Source: Candidatus Marinacidobacterales bacterium
Lineage (GTDB): Bacteria; Acidobacteriota; Vicinamibacteria; Marinacidobacterales; SMYC01
Length of the DNA: 64,000 nt
Assembly (NCBI GenBank): GCA_965237955.1
Contig: OZ250169.1
Span: 1-64,000 of the forward strand
Direction of reading: 5' to 3'
Each line of letters starts with the position of its first letter. The first letter of the stretch is position 1. The translations under genes and the position numbers were made by a program. Below, one piece after another: positions 51,125 to 61,492 of this stretch. Below the pieces are notes generated by a model that was not told where the DNA came from, ran no database searches, and saw nothing but the letters and a program-made list of their open reading frames with translations.

Positions 51125-51330
51125 GAATAGGAACTTTGACCAAAGCACCGTGCGTGTTGGAGCGAGATTCTGGGCTCGCGAGTGATGTGGGTGGGGAACG
51201 TAGGGATTGGAAGGGGGAATCGGACACTGGAAGTTCTGCTACCCTCACCGGGACTCAACCGGGCCGACAGCCCTATCCTGGTGGGGAAAATTCGAGCGGG
51301 TCTGACGATCGAGATCGATTAACTTTTCAC
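51125..51330. repeat. Back-to-back IS91-like 3' end remnants
   Basis: Minus-strand gtcaaagttcctattc (51125-51140); plus-strand hairpin 51233-51299 homologous to 17341-17408. Confidence 0.5.
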
Positions 51331-51344
51331 TGCCGAGAATATGC

Positions 51345-54300
51345 TCAAGACGTTGTTTTTTTCGGTGCCAGTGTCCGGATGCGCGGGATCCGATTCTTCT
51401 CGATGGCTCGGTTGAGCTCGGCGATCTCGCCACTGACGACGGCCTTCAGCCCATCGAGCCGCTCGTCCAACTCTCTCGACATCGACGCGATCTGCGCCTT
51501 CCGTTGGGCGTTCGGCGCTTCCGTGTAAGGGTCGAGGGCGCCATAGAGACGCATCAGTCGTTGGTATAAAGGTCCGGTTGCGCTACCAAAGGAATCTGGG
51601 GTGAGCGTCCGTCCCTCGTTGCGTGAGAGCAAGCGCTCGAGCTCCGACACGCTCGTTTTCGCCGCCGCGAACGCGGTCGCGACCGTCTCGGGCGCGTCGT
51701 CGAGTGTCGCTTCGAGCCCATTGAGCTCTTCGGTCAAGGCGGCGGCTTGCTCGTGCCCTTCGTGCATTTCCGAAATGAGCCGGCGAAGCTCGAGAAGAGC
51801 ATCGAGATGCGCTCGGCGATCGGCGTCGCTCGCGCGCACGTTTGGATCGTCGGTCACGATGACCGTGCGCTCGGCCGACTCGGAGCCGGCCTCGACCCGC
51901 ACCGTGTAGGTACCGGGAAGGACTCGCGGTCTGAGAAGATTGATCGCCTCGAGGTTTCCATTCTGCCCATTTGCTTCGAGACCAGGAGGTGGGTTGGAGC
52001 CCTCCGTGGGCTCGGCCGGGATCGCGTCGTCATATCTCAGATCCCAGTTGGTGCGGTTGAGCCCTACGTGGTTCGAGCCTTCGATTGTACGGACGACCTG
52101 GCCGGTGGCGTCGGTCACGGTGACTTTCACCGCCTCTGGTTCGCTCAAATAGTAGTGGACGAGCGCGCCCGGCGGCGGGTTCTCGGCGAGAAACACCTTG
52201 TGGCCGGGGTGGCCCTTGTAGTGGAAGCTGCGGTAGTTGATCGCGTCCCGTATGGGAAAGACATGAAGCTTCGCCGCAAGCACCGCGTCGCTCAGATTCT
52301 CGAGCGGCTTCATGTCGTCGAGGACCCAGATGGTGCGGCCGTGTGTTCCCAGAATGAGGTCGTTGTCGCGCGGATGGATCGCGATGTCGTCGACTGGCAC
52401 CCGGGGAAAGCTCCCGCGCATCTCGTGCCATACCTCGCCGCAGTCGAAAGAAACGTACACCCCCCGCTCGCCCCCGGCAAACAAAAGCGCGCCGTTGTCC
52501 GGGTGCTCGCGGATGACGTTCAGCGTGTGGCCTTCGGGGATACCGGCGGTGATGCGTCGCCACGTGTCGCCGTAGTCGTCGCTCGCGAACGCGTAAGTGG
52601 CGAAATCGTCGTTGCGGTGGCCATCGAGGGTAGCATAGACGCGCCCTTCCGCATGCTGGGATGAAACGACCCGGGTGACGTACGTGTCTTCGTGTATGCC
52701 GGGGTGTATGCCGGGGTGGCCGCCGGGCAAGTTGGCCGCGACGTTGTTCCAGCTTTCGCCACCGTCTCGTGAGACTTGAATGTTGCCATCATCTGTTCCC
52801 ACGTAGAGCAGGCCTTGAACGAGAGGAGACTCACTGATGGTTGTGATTTGCCCGTAAGTCGAGACGCCGTTGTTCCGCGACAGGGTGTCGTCGTTCAGCA
52901 TGACGCCCATGATCGGCATTTCGTCGCGATCGCGGTTCTTGGACAAGTCGACGGTACGAGTCCATTCGTCGCCGCGATTCGTCGACTTGAACAGCCGGTT
53001 GCCGCCGTAATAGATCGTCTTCGAATCGTGGGGCGAAATAACAATGGGACTGTTCCAGTTGAACCGGTAGCGGGCCTCACCTTCATCGGGCTCGGGCCGG
53101 ATCGTCTTGATCTCGAGCCGGCTCAGATCGAGGCGGCGCAAGACTCCGTTCTGCGACTCGAAGTAGATCGTCGTCGCGTCGTTGGGATCGATTTGCGTGT
53201 AGAAGCCGTCGTCGCCGCCGCCGTGGAACCAATCTTCGTTGGAGATGCCTTGCTGGTGGCGAGTTCTAACCGGTCCTCCCCAGTTAGCGTTGTCCTGAAG
53301 ACCGCCGTAGATATTGTAGGGGGTCTCCATGTCGTAACCGATCTCGTAGAACTGTCCTAACGCGAGGCTGTTCACGAAATCCCAGGTGAGACCGCGATCG
53401 TAGGAGTAGTGGATGCCCCCGTCCGAGCCCAACAGCACGTGGTTCGAATCGCGCGGGTTGATCCAAAGAGCATGGTGGTCACCGTGGATGCGGGTGACGC
53501 GATCGGTGACGAACGTTCTTCCGCCATCGTCAGAGTTGTACATGCTGCCACCGAGCACCCAGATGCGCTGATCGTTGAGGGGATCGACGCGAATCTGGCT
53601 GTAATACATCGGGCGCGGGTTGGTATCACTCATCTTCTTCCACGTTTCGCCCTTGTCTTCCGAACGAAAGATGCCACCCTCGGCGTTCTGGATAATCGCG
53701 TACACGATGCGCGGGTCTTTGCGATAGATATCGATGCCGATCCGGCCGGTGTCGCCTTCAGGGAGGCCGCCCGTGAGCTTCGTCCACGTCACCCCGCCGT
53801 CGGTCGTCTTGTACAGGCCGGCCTCGGGACCACCGCCGTTGAAGCCGAACGCGCGTCGGCGCCTCTGGTAGGCCGCGGCGTAGAGCGTGTCCGGGCTTTC
53901 GAGATCCATCGCGAGGTCGACGAAGCCGGTGTTCTCGCTGATGAACTTGGTATTTTTCCAGGTCTTGCCGCCGTCGGTCGTCTTGAAGACGCCCCGTTGT
54001 TCGCTCGGCCCCCAGAGATGCCCGACCGCTGCAACGTAGGCGATGTCGGGATTCGTAGGGTGGATGTGCACCCGTCCGATATGGTGGGTGTCCTCGAGTC
54101 CCATGTTCGTCCACGTTGCGCCACCGTCCATCGACTTGTAGACGCCGTCGCCCCATGAGGAGCTGTTCTGGTTCGCCGGCTCTCCGGTGCCGGCCCATAC
54201 GATCGAAGGGTCGGACGGCGCGACCGCGATATCGCCGACGCTCGATACCGGTTGGTCGTCGAAAAGCGGCTCCCAAGTGATACCGTTGTTTGTCGTTTTC

Positions 54301-54512
54301 CAGATTCCGGCGGATGCCGTCGCCACGAACGCGACGCTCGGGTTCGACTCGACGAGTGCGAAATCGTTGATGCGGCCGCCCATAATCGCCGGGCCGATAT
54401 TGCGCCATTCGAGGTTGTCGAGCACGGTGTCAATATCAGTGGCGTCGTCCCCGAATGCGCTTGACGCGCCCACGGTGAGGGCTAGGAAAGCAAGGAGAAA
54501 AAAGCGTCTCAT
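51345..54512 (-). CDS. Secreted VPS10/BNR-repeat protein
   Basis: WRNIGPAIMGGRI, Asp-boxes, HGDHHALWI, GGLQDN, GTHGR. Confidence 0.88.
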   Translation of the reverse strand: MRRFFLLAFLALTVGASSAFGDDATDIDTVLDNLEWRNIGPAIMGGRINDFALVESNPSVAFVATASAGIWKTTNNGITWEPLFDDQPVSSVGDIAVAPSDPSIVWAGTGEPANQNSSSWGDGVYKSMDGGATWTNMGLEDTHHIGRVHIHPTNPDIAYVAAVGHLWGPSEQRGVFKTTDGGKTWKNTKFISENTGFVDLAMDLESPDTLYAAAYQRRRRAFGFNGGGPEAGLYKTTDGGVTWTKLTGGLPEGDTGRIGIDIYRKDPRIVYAIIQNAEGGIFRSEDKGETWKKMSDTNPRPMYYSQIRVDPLNDQRIWVLGGSMYNSDDGGRTFVTDRVTRIHGDHHALWINPRDSNHVLLGSDGGIHYSYDRGLTWDFVNSLALGQFYEIGYDMETPYNIYGGLQDNANWGGPVRTRHQQGISNEDWFHGGGDDGFYTQIDPNDATTIYFESQNGVLRRLDLSRLEIKTIRPEPDEGEARYRFNWNSPIVISPHDSKTIYYGGNRLFKSTNRGDEWTRTVDLSKNRDRDEMPIMGVMLNDDTLSRNNGVSTYGQITTISESPLVQGLLYVGTDDGNIQVSRDGGESWNNVAANLPGGHPGIHPGIHEDTYVTRVVSSQHAEGRVYATLDGHRNDDFATYAFASDDYGDTWRRITAGIPEGHTLNVIREHPDNGALLFAGGERGVYVSFDCGEVWHEMRGSFPRVPVDDIAIHPRDNDLILGTHGRTIWVLDDMKPLENLSDAVLAAKLHVFPIRDAINYRSFHYKGHPGHKVFLAENPPPGALVHYYLSEPEAVKVTVTDATGQVVRTIEGSNHVGLNRTNWDLRYDDAIPAEPTEGSNPPPGLEANGQNGNLEAINLLRPRVLPGTYTVRVEAGSESAERTVIVTDDPNVRASDADRRAHLDALLELRRLISEMHEGHEQAAALTEELNGLEATLDDAPETVATAFAAAKTSVSELERLLSRNEGRTLTPDSFGSATGPLYQRLMRLYGALDPYTEAPNAQRKAQIASMSRELDERLDGLKAVVSGEIAELNRAIEKNRIPRIRTLAPKKTTS

Positions 54513-54539
54513 CCTGTATACCTCCCAGTTTGAGGCATC

Positions 54540-54809
54540 CTACCCGACGTGATATGAGAATGTACACGGTGCCGAAGGCGATGCTGTCTCACGGCGGCGG
54601 GCTTGTCTCCCGAAGACGAGATCGGGATCGAGCCGGGCAAAGACGCGCTCCGCCATGAACAGCCCGGCGAGGTGGTTGGGGTGTCTCGCAACGAGGTGCG
54701 CGATCGCCTGCCTTTCCGGCGGCACGATCGCGTTCGTGGTGATGTCACCTGCGGCCGCCAAATCCTCTCTCAAGGCTTCCTCGACGAGAGGCACAAAAAA
54801 AAGGAGCAT
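54540..54809 (-). pseudogene. nadC: NadC (quinolinate phosphoribosyltransferase)-like N-terminal stub
   Basis: LVEEALREDLAAAGDITTNAIVP...LAGL..AERVFARLDP. Confidence 0.65.
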
Positions 54810-54855
54810 AAGTAAAAACCCACTCCTATGACGCAAACCCTTTCGGTACTAACTA

Positions 54856-54871
54856 TGGCATTCAACTTGCA
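54856..54871 (+). promoter_or_regulatory. Putative sigma54 promoter upstream of the TonB-dependent receptor
   Basis: TGGCAT-tcaac-TTGCA. Confidence 0.6.
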
Positions 54872-54906
54872 GATGTGATATATGATTCAGCTATTGACCC
54901 AGGGGG

Positions 54907-55039
54907 CTAGTCCCCTGTATCAGAACAAACTAGATAAAGCAGAGCTTGCCGAAACCCTTCTAAGTGCATGAATCTTATGAATCTTATGGGCTGGCGAAAA
55001 GCCTAACTTTGTATAGTAATCAAAGATCCAGGGGACTAG
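54907..55039 (+). mobile_element. 129-bp IS630-type MITE, copy 2
   Basis: Reverse complement of 5821-5953 with two substitutions; CTAG at both ends. Confidence 0.9.
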
Positions 55040-55237
55040 CGATCCGCATCAGAAAAGGTGCTGATATTGGCGGTAAGTTAGCCGATCTCAACGTTTTTCC
55101 AGAAGTCAAAAGACGCGATTCAGTTCTTTGACGGTTGCGCGGTGTTCCGCCCCGAACACCACCGGAGCGAACGTTCTCAGTCTTTGGAAGTAGTCTGCTC
55201 ACCCATGTTCGGGTGGGCTATTCAGTGGAGGTACACG

Positions 55238-58198
55238 ATGCCATTTAAAGCAATGACTCATGCGAGGCTGTTATGGCGCGTCCTGATGGCGGTGCCGCTG
55301 GCCCTATTGTTGGCCGGCGGGGCGGCCTTCGCGCAGGAGATTGACGGAACCATCTACGGCAAGGTCGTGGACGATCAGGGGCTTGCCGTCCCGGGCGCGA
55401 CGGTGACGATCTCGAGTCCACAGAACATCGCGACCGAGGTTCGAACCACGACCGATCAGGGTACGTACCGTGTCCCGTTGCTGAAGCCGTCGCAAGACTA
55501 CACCGTGGTGGTCGAGTTGGCAGGATTTCGAACGATGACCTTTCGAGAGGTGGTACTGTTTGCAGGGCAGCAAATCGCGGTGAATGCGACACTGTCGCCG
55601 GGCGGGGTGGAGGAGACCGTTACCGTCACCGGAGAATCGCCACTGGTTGACGTCAAGAGTTCGCAGACGAGGCGGATCATGGATGAAGCCATAATGGACA
55701 ACATCCCCCTGGGGCGCGGTTCTAGTTCTCTCATCAAGTCGATGCCGGGCGTCCAGAATTCACAAATGGGGCGGGTATCGGTTCACGGGGGCTCGCCCCG
55801 GGCGAACTCTTACACCGTCGACGGAGGGAACATCCGAAACCTCTCGGGAGGCACCGAGAGGGGTATCCCGATAGACATGATAGAGGAAATCCAGATAACG
55901 ACCGGGGGGATTCCCGCGGAGTTTGGCCAGGCCACGGGTGGGGTTTTCACCTTCCTGACCAAGTCAGGAGGGAACGAGCCCCATGGCTCGGTCAACTATT
56001 ACTTCTCGGGCGAGGATTTGGAGTGGGACAACCTCACGCCCGAGCTAAAGGAGCAACTCGGGGCAAAATCGAGCACGGTCAAGAACCAGGAGTACGGCGG
56101 AACTTTTGGGGGACCGATCAAGAAAGATTCTATCTGGTTCTTCGGCAATATCCGTCGGCTGAACAGGGAGACGCGAGAACCCGTTCTCCCCACCCAGCCC
56201 TTCACTAGCGATAGGACAGAGGGCTTCTTCAAGATCACCGGGCAGGTGGGCGAGAGCACCCAGGTCCTCGGCTCTTACATGGGCAGCCGCCGAGCCGCAT
56301 TTCCAAGAGACGTTCGCGGTTTTCAGAACGTCGACGCCCCGGAGCAATGGGCCATATTTGAGAGTAAAGGGGACATCCTAAACCTCAAATCCACGCATCT
56401 AGTGAACGAAAACACCATTCTGGAGGCACAGTACAGCCGGATCTGGACGTTTACCGATACTTCGTATCCCAACAACCCTGACTTCACCGTCGGCTATAGG
56501 GACCAAGGTACAAGCTTGGAATACGGGGGGCTCCTCGCGGGTGTAAGGACTTGTAAGGGCCACAATATGTGGGAAGTTCGCCTTAATGTCTCGCACTTCC
56601 GCGACAACTGGGCGGGTGGCTCACACGAGTTCAAGGCAGGCTTCTATATGGATCGGCCTACCGCCGACCGGTCGTTTGAGTTCCCCGGTGGGGAAGACGT
56701 CCTGCAACTCCTTCTATTTGGTGCGGCCTACCGGGTTCGGCTGGAGAACCAGCCGATTTCAAGTCAAGCTTTCAACATTGACCGCTATGGAACGTTTGTG
56801 CAAGACCAATGGACGATTGGAGATCGGCTCACCCTGAACCTGGGACTACGGTGGGCCATCACCGAAGGCTGGCTTCCCGAGCAGAGTCGGGGTGGCGGCC
56901 GCTGGTTCCCCGTGTCCACCTTCCCGGAGACCCGCGACCTCGTCAACTTCAACACCGTCTCGCCGCGCCTGGGTCTGGTGTATGCGCTGGGTGAGGCACG
57001 AAGGACTTCCATCAAGTTCCATTACGGGCGACACTACAAGTTGTTCAACACCCAGGACCTCTCCCCCCTCGCACCCACTACTGGAGGAGGCGAAACGTAC
57101 AATTGGAACGACCTGAATGGTGACCTCGTGTTCCAGGACGGTGAGCAGGGAACGCTTATCGGAAGTATCTTGAACCCCGCTTTTGATGATAGAACGGACT
57201 CCGTCGACCCCAACTTGGAAGATTCCTACGTGCATGCGTTTCACATCAAGGCCGAGCATGAGTTGACGAGCGACTTCGTCGTCTCTGTGGCAGGAATCTT
57301 CAGGCGCGAGAAGAACATCTATGAGACGACTAAAAGGCGGGCAAAAGGAGACCAACAAAACCCGTTTAATGATTACCGCCCGATTAACGTGATCAACCAA
57401 ATCGACGGCTCGCCCTTCACCATCTTTGCCCTGAGACCGGAATTCAGGGGGGCCCAGTCGATCATATACTTGACGAACCCCGACTTTGCGGAGCCAATTG
57501 TCCGAAACTACAACGGAGTGGAGATTGTCGCACAGAAGCGCTTTCGTGACGGCTGGCAATTCCTGGCCGCGCTCAACATCGGCGAAGTCTACGGCACCAT
57601 CGGCAATAACATGACCGCCACCGAGAGCGACAACTTTCTCTACGACAACCCCAATACGCTCATCAATTGGGATGGACCGCTGGACCAGGACGCTCCCGTC
57701 CTGTTCAAGTTACAGGGCACCTACACGTTGCCCTACGATATTCTCGTGAGCGGCTTCTTCCAGGGCGGGACCGGTATTCCCATCCACATCTTCGAACCTT
57801 TGCAGGCTGACCTGGCTACGGGAGCCTACACGGTGCGCTATTTCCCACTCTGCCCCGGTGGCGGCGCAACCAAAGGCCATAGCGGCGGCGGCGGCGGTTG
57901 TAGGCCGCCTCCGCTTGGTACTCCCGAAATCGTGGTGGAGAGCAACATCGATGTGGCTGGGGAGCCAAGGGGTACCCGCCGCCAGGACTTCAGACACAAC
58001 CTCGACCTCCGAGTGGAAAAGCAGTTTCTGTTCGGGGAGGCAATGAGAATCGGGCTCATCCTCGACATATTCAATCTAACCAACACTCACCGAATTACGT
58101 CCTTTGCGACACTGAAATTCGACCAGCGGCAATTCCTTTCGCCGACGTCGGTCGAATCACCCCGTATCGCGAGAATCGGAGTGCGCTTTGAGTTTTAA
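55238..58198 (+). CDS. TonB-dependent receptor with carboxypeptidase-regulatory-like N-domain (Oar-like)
   Basis: GTIYGKVVDDQG..VPGATVTI, ETVTVTGESPLVD, TKSGGN, QDQW, SPRLG, C-terminal RIGVRFEF. Confidence 0.9.
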   Translation: MPFKAMTHARLLWRVLMAVPLALLLAGGAAFAQEIDGTIYGKVVDDQGLAVPGATVTISSPQNIATEVRTTTDQGTYRVPLLKPSQDYTVVVELAGFRTMTFREVVLFAGQQIAVNATLSPGGVEETVTVTGESPLVDVKSSQTRRIMDEAIMDNIPLGRGSSSLIKSMPGVQNSQMGRVSVHGGSPRANSYTVDGGNIRNLSGGTERGIPIDMIEEIQITTGGIPAEFGQATGGVFTFLTKSGGNEPHGSVNYYFSGEDLEWDNLTPELKEQLGAKSSTVKNQEYGGTFGGPIKKDSIWFFGNIRRLNRETREPVLPTQPFTSDRTEGFFKITGQVGESTQVLGSYMGSRRAAFPRDVRGFQNVDAPEQWAIFESKGDILNLKSTHLVNENTILEAQYSRIWTFTDTSYPNNPDFTVGYRDQGTSLEYGGLLAGVRTCKGHNMWEVRLNVSHFRDNWAGGSHEFKAGFYMDRPTADRSFEFPGGEDVLQLLLFGAAYRVRLENQPISSQAFNIDRYGTFVQDQWTIGDRLTLNLGLRWAITEGWLPEQSRGGGRWFPVSTFPETRDLVNFNTVSPRLGLVYALGEARRTSIKFHYGRHYKLFNTQDLSPLAPTTGGGETYNWNDLNGDLVFQDGEQGTLIGSILNPAFDDRTDSVDPNLEDSYVHAFHIKAEHELTSDFVVSVAGIFRREKNIYETTKRRAKGDQQNPFNDYRPINVINQIDGSPFTIFALRPEFRGAQSIIYLTNPDFAEPIVRNYNGVEIVAQKRFRDGWQFLAALNIGEVYGTIGNNMTATESDNFLYDNPNTLINWDGPLDQDAPVLFKLQGTYTLPYDILVSGFFQGGTGIPIHIFEPLQADLATGAYTVRYFPLCPGGGATKGHSGGGGGCRPPPLGTPEIVVESNIDVAGEPRGTRRQDFRHNLDLRVEKQFLFGEAMRIGLILDIFNLTNTHRITSFATLKFDQRQFLSPTSVESPRIARIGVRFEF

Positions 58199-58222
58199 TA
58201 AGGGTTGGGAGGTAAAGAAGAC

Positions 58223-59455
58223 GGCCTCTCCTGCCATTTCAGTGGATCCTCTCGAGGGTGAGACCGCCACAGTTTAGGTAGACGAGACTGATGAGAGCTT
58301 CGGCAGAGTGGAGTCCAAAGCTGCGGTGGCTCAGCAGCCGGATTTTGTTGTTCATTCCTTCGAGTCGGCCGTTGCTGAGTCTCCACGTGACCCACGCGAT
58401 GACGCCATCGAAGTGGCTGTCATCTTCGCCGCGCGTTTGACGGGCTCTATCCTCGAGCTCATAGCGCGCCGCAGCCATCCTCGGAGAAACTTCTTGGCCC
58501 ATGTCTCGGTTTTGTAGGTGTAGAGGTCCATGAAGTCGTCGCGCAGAAGCATGGCGCGGTAGAGGCGACGATTAGCTCGCACCTGCTCGCGGAGCACCCG
58601 TTTGTCTTTCGCGCTGCGGTTGTGTTTGGCCTTGAGAAGGGGAAACTTGGTGTTCTTGAGGTTGCGCCGGGCAGTCCCTTTGAGCTCGCGCACCAGCTCG
58701 CGCCGGGTCTTATCCACGGCCTCGTTCAGATGCTTGACGATGTGGAAGCGGTCAAAGATCACCCGTGCCTGAGGAGCCTTTTTGCCGACGACAGTTATGT
58801 ACGGCTCCCACATGTCCATGCTGACCGCTTCGAGCTCCGCGGCTCTTTGTGGTCCGAGCTTGCGGAAAAACCGCAGCAGCGTCTTGGCCTTGCGCTCCTT
58901 TCCCGCCCAGACGACCCGGCCGCTGAGATGGTCTATTACCACTGTTAAGTACTTGTGGCGTTTGCGGTAGCTGATCTCGTCCATCCCAATCACCCGCAAT
59001 CCATCGAGCTCGCGCCGCTCATCCCGCTGCTCGGCAACCACTCGCTGGATGATCCGTCGCACCGAACGCCACGTCACTCGGAAATAGTTCGCTACGGCGC
59101 TGACGTCCGTCCTCTGTGCCAGCCACGCTACCTCTTGTTCGAAGCTTTTGGTAAAGCGGCTTCCCTTGTCGGCCCAAGGCACCTTTTCTCTGACCACTCC
59201 ACACCGCCGACATACCACTCGTCGGATCGAGTAGCGAAGATAGGTCCGGACTCCGAACAGGTCCAAGTGCCGCCAGTAGCGATTGTAGCGATCTTTGTTC
59301 TTGCGGACCTTTCGTCCGCAAATCCCGCACAGAGGCTTCCTCCTCCGTGGTACTACATCCACCACCACTCTGGCTTTGTCCGCCTGGAAGTGGAAACCTC
59401 GGACCCACAGGCCTTGCAATCCGATGAGCTTGTTGACTAACGTAGTAACGCGCAT
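58223..59455 (-). mobile_element. ISL3-family transposase (59455 to 58239) with a frameshift near 58418; right end near 58223, left end uncertain
   Basis: CGICG/CRRCG zinc finger, IGMDE, VSMDMW, FDRFH, SNGRLEGMNNKI in the shifted frame. Confidence 0.88.
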
Positions 59456-59580
59456 CGCGGGAACGCTCTTTTCTCTTTCGGAAAAAAAGATTCTAGCGTT
59501 CTCGCCGATGCGCATCTACACATGGCTTACCCTCTCAACCCACGGGCCTCACCAAATGCCACTGCCCCTCAGCGGGAGAC

Positions 59581-59892
59581 GAGGCTGTGGGAAACGCCCC
59601 CACGGTTCTGGTCGTTCAGACCTTGCTCACGACTGAGTTCTCTTCGAAGCCTGGAAGGGCGTTTTCCATAGCCTCCACTAATCGAGCCCCCCCTTCCTTA
59701 TTCCATATGAATTAATCTTTCTTGTATATATATCAGGAGGGGCCTGTGGGCGCTCGTGGGAAACGCGAAGCGTTTTCCAAGCGATTGTGGAAAACGCCGC
59801 TCCACGTTTGTACGTGCTCACAACCTTTCCCTAAACGCCTCTCTCGCCCGGAGTTTCCGGCGTTTTCCACAATCGCGGCAGCGTCCATAGGC
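59581..59892. repeat. Nested long inverted repeats built from gtgg(a/g)aaacgc units
   Basis: gaggctgtgggaaacgccc / gggcgttttccatagcctc; perfect 19-bp gcgattgtggaaaacgccg / cggcgttttccacaatcgc. Confidence 0.8.
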
Positions 59893-59974
59893 CATGCCCT
59901 CCAACACAAATCAGATCCCCCGAAACGACAGGAGAACCAGAAGACGTAAACCTCTGGGTCTCGAAGGACGACAC

Positions 59975-60013
59975 GAACCGGGGCGCCACTATTGGCGCCC
60001 CGGTTCTTTTCTT
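59975..60013 (+). terminator. Rho-independent terminator
   Basis: 13-bp perfect stem gaaccggggcgcc / ggcgccccggttc followed by ttttctt. Confidence 0.75.
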
Positions 60014-60233
60014 GTGCGCCAGGCATGGCGCTGTCAACCGTGGAACGAAAGCGAAACGGGAAGTGACTAGGAGGTGCCCTTTGAAAAAAAAGGAAGTCCT
60101 CTGGGGACCTTGATGGCAGGAACCTGTCCCTTCTATAAACTCGACGGAGGCTTCTTCTCACATACCCATCAGCCGGCCAATGGAGTCGAGCCGGGGATGA
60201 ATGGACCGAGCGATCGGTCATCAGGAAGGAATC

Positions 60234-61436
60234 ATGAAATTCGCGCAAGCTATTTATCGAGCGGCAGCAACTCTACTATGCCTAACGGTAATGGCATGCG
60301 GACAGGCGGCGATGCAGGAGGCGACGACTTCCGGTGATGAGGGGACGGGCACACCGCAGTTCAGTGTCGATCCGTTCTGGCCGAAGCCGCTGCCCAACGA
60401 CTGGCTGGTGGGAGAGATTGCCGGGATAGCGGTCGACTCGCGCGATCATACCTGGGTTGCTCAGCGTCCGGGTAGCCTGAGTGAGAGCGAGCTAGGGGCG
60501 GTGCAAGATCCGCCCATCTCGCTTTGTTGCAAGCCGGCTCCACCGGTCATGGAGTTCGATGCGGAGGGGAATCTCCTTCAGGCGTGGGGTGGTCCCGGGT
60601 CCGGCTATGACTGGCCCACCATCGAGCACGGGCTCTTCGTCGACTACAAGGGCAACGTCTGGGTAGCCGGGGAAGGCTTACGCGACCCGGAGACCGGAAG
60701 CGCCCACAGCGTGCACAGGGACGGCGGACCGCTGTGCCGAGACCACCAGGTGCTGAAGTTCAGCCCTGATGGCACTTTCCTGCTCCAGATCGGACAAGCT
60801 GGAAAGACCGGCGGAAGCAACCATAAGGAGTTTCTGGGACACCCCACCGACATGGAAGTCGATCCCGAGACGAACGAAGTCTTCGTTGGCGACGGCTACG
60901 TGAACAAGCGCGTGATCGTTTTCGACGCGGATACGGGGGAGTACAAGCGGCACTGGGGAGCGTACGGAAACGAGCCGGACGATGCCGTTCAAGGGCGCTA
61001 CGATCCGAGCGCTCCCGTCGCACAGCAGTTCGGCGAAAGTGTGCACGGGCTTCGGATCGCAAACGACGGGCTCGTGTATGTGGCGGATCGCGGCAACAAC
61101 CGTATTCAGATCTTCCAAAAAGACGGCACCTTCGTGAAAGAGGCTTTCATCGCCAAAGAGACCCTGAGCGGAGCGACGTGGGATGTGGATTTTTCACCGG
61201 ATGAGAAGCAGACATTTCTCTATAACGCCGATGGAGGCAACCAGCGAGTCTGGATCCTGCGATGAGAAGACATGGAGATTCTCGGTTCCTTCGGCCGCCG
61301 CGGCCGCTCCGCCGGTCAATTCCACTCGGTGCACAAATTGGCGGTGGACTCCCAGGGCAACATCTACACCGGCGAGGTGAGCCAAGGACGGCGCCTCCAG
61401 AAGTTCGTTTTAGAGAAGGAAGCGGCGACCGAATAG
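60234..61436 (+). pseudogene. NHL-repeat lipoprotein copy 2 with a nonsense codon at 61263-61265
   Basis: Paralogue of 32750-33955; TGA replaces CGA (Arg) and homology continues in frame to TAG at 61436. Confidence 0.85.
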
Positions 61437-61492
61437 TAGTGCCTCCGGACTGAAGGTAAGATTCAAGAAACGAAACAGTCGGAGAATCGATC

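Noticed and set aside
61263-61265. Selenocysteine or recoded TGA in the NHL gene (a SelA-like gene is nearby)
   Set aside because: The paralogue has CGA (Arg), not Cys, so a C-to-T nonsense change is simpler; the SelA-like protein is exported and DgaE-like.
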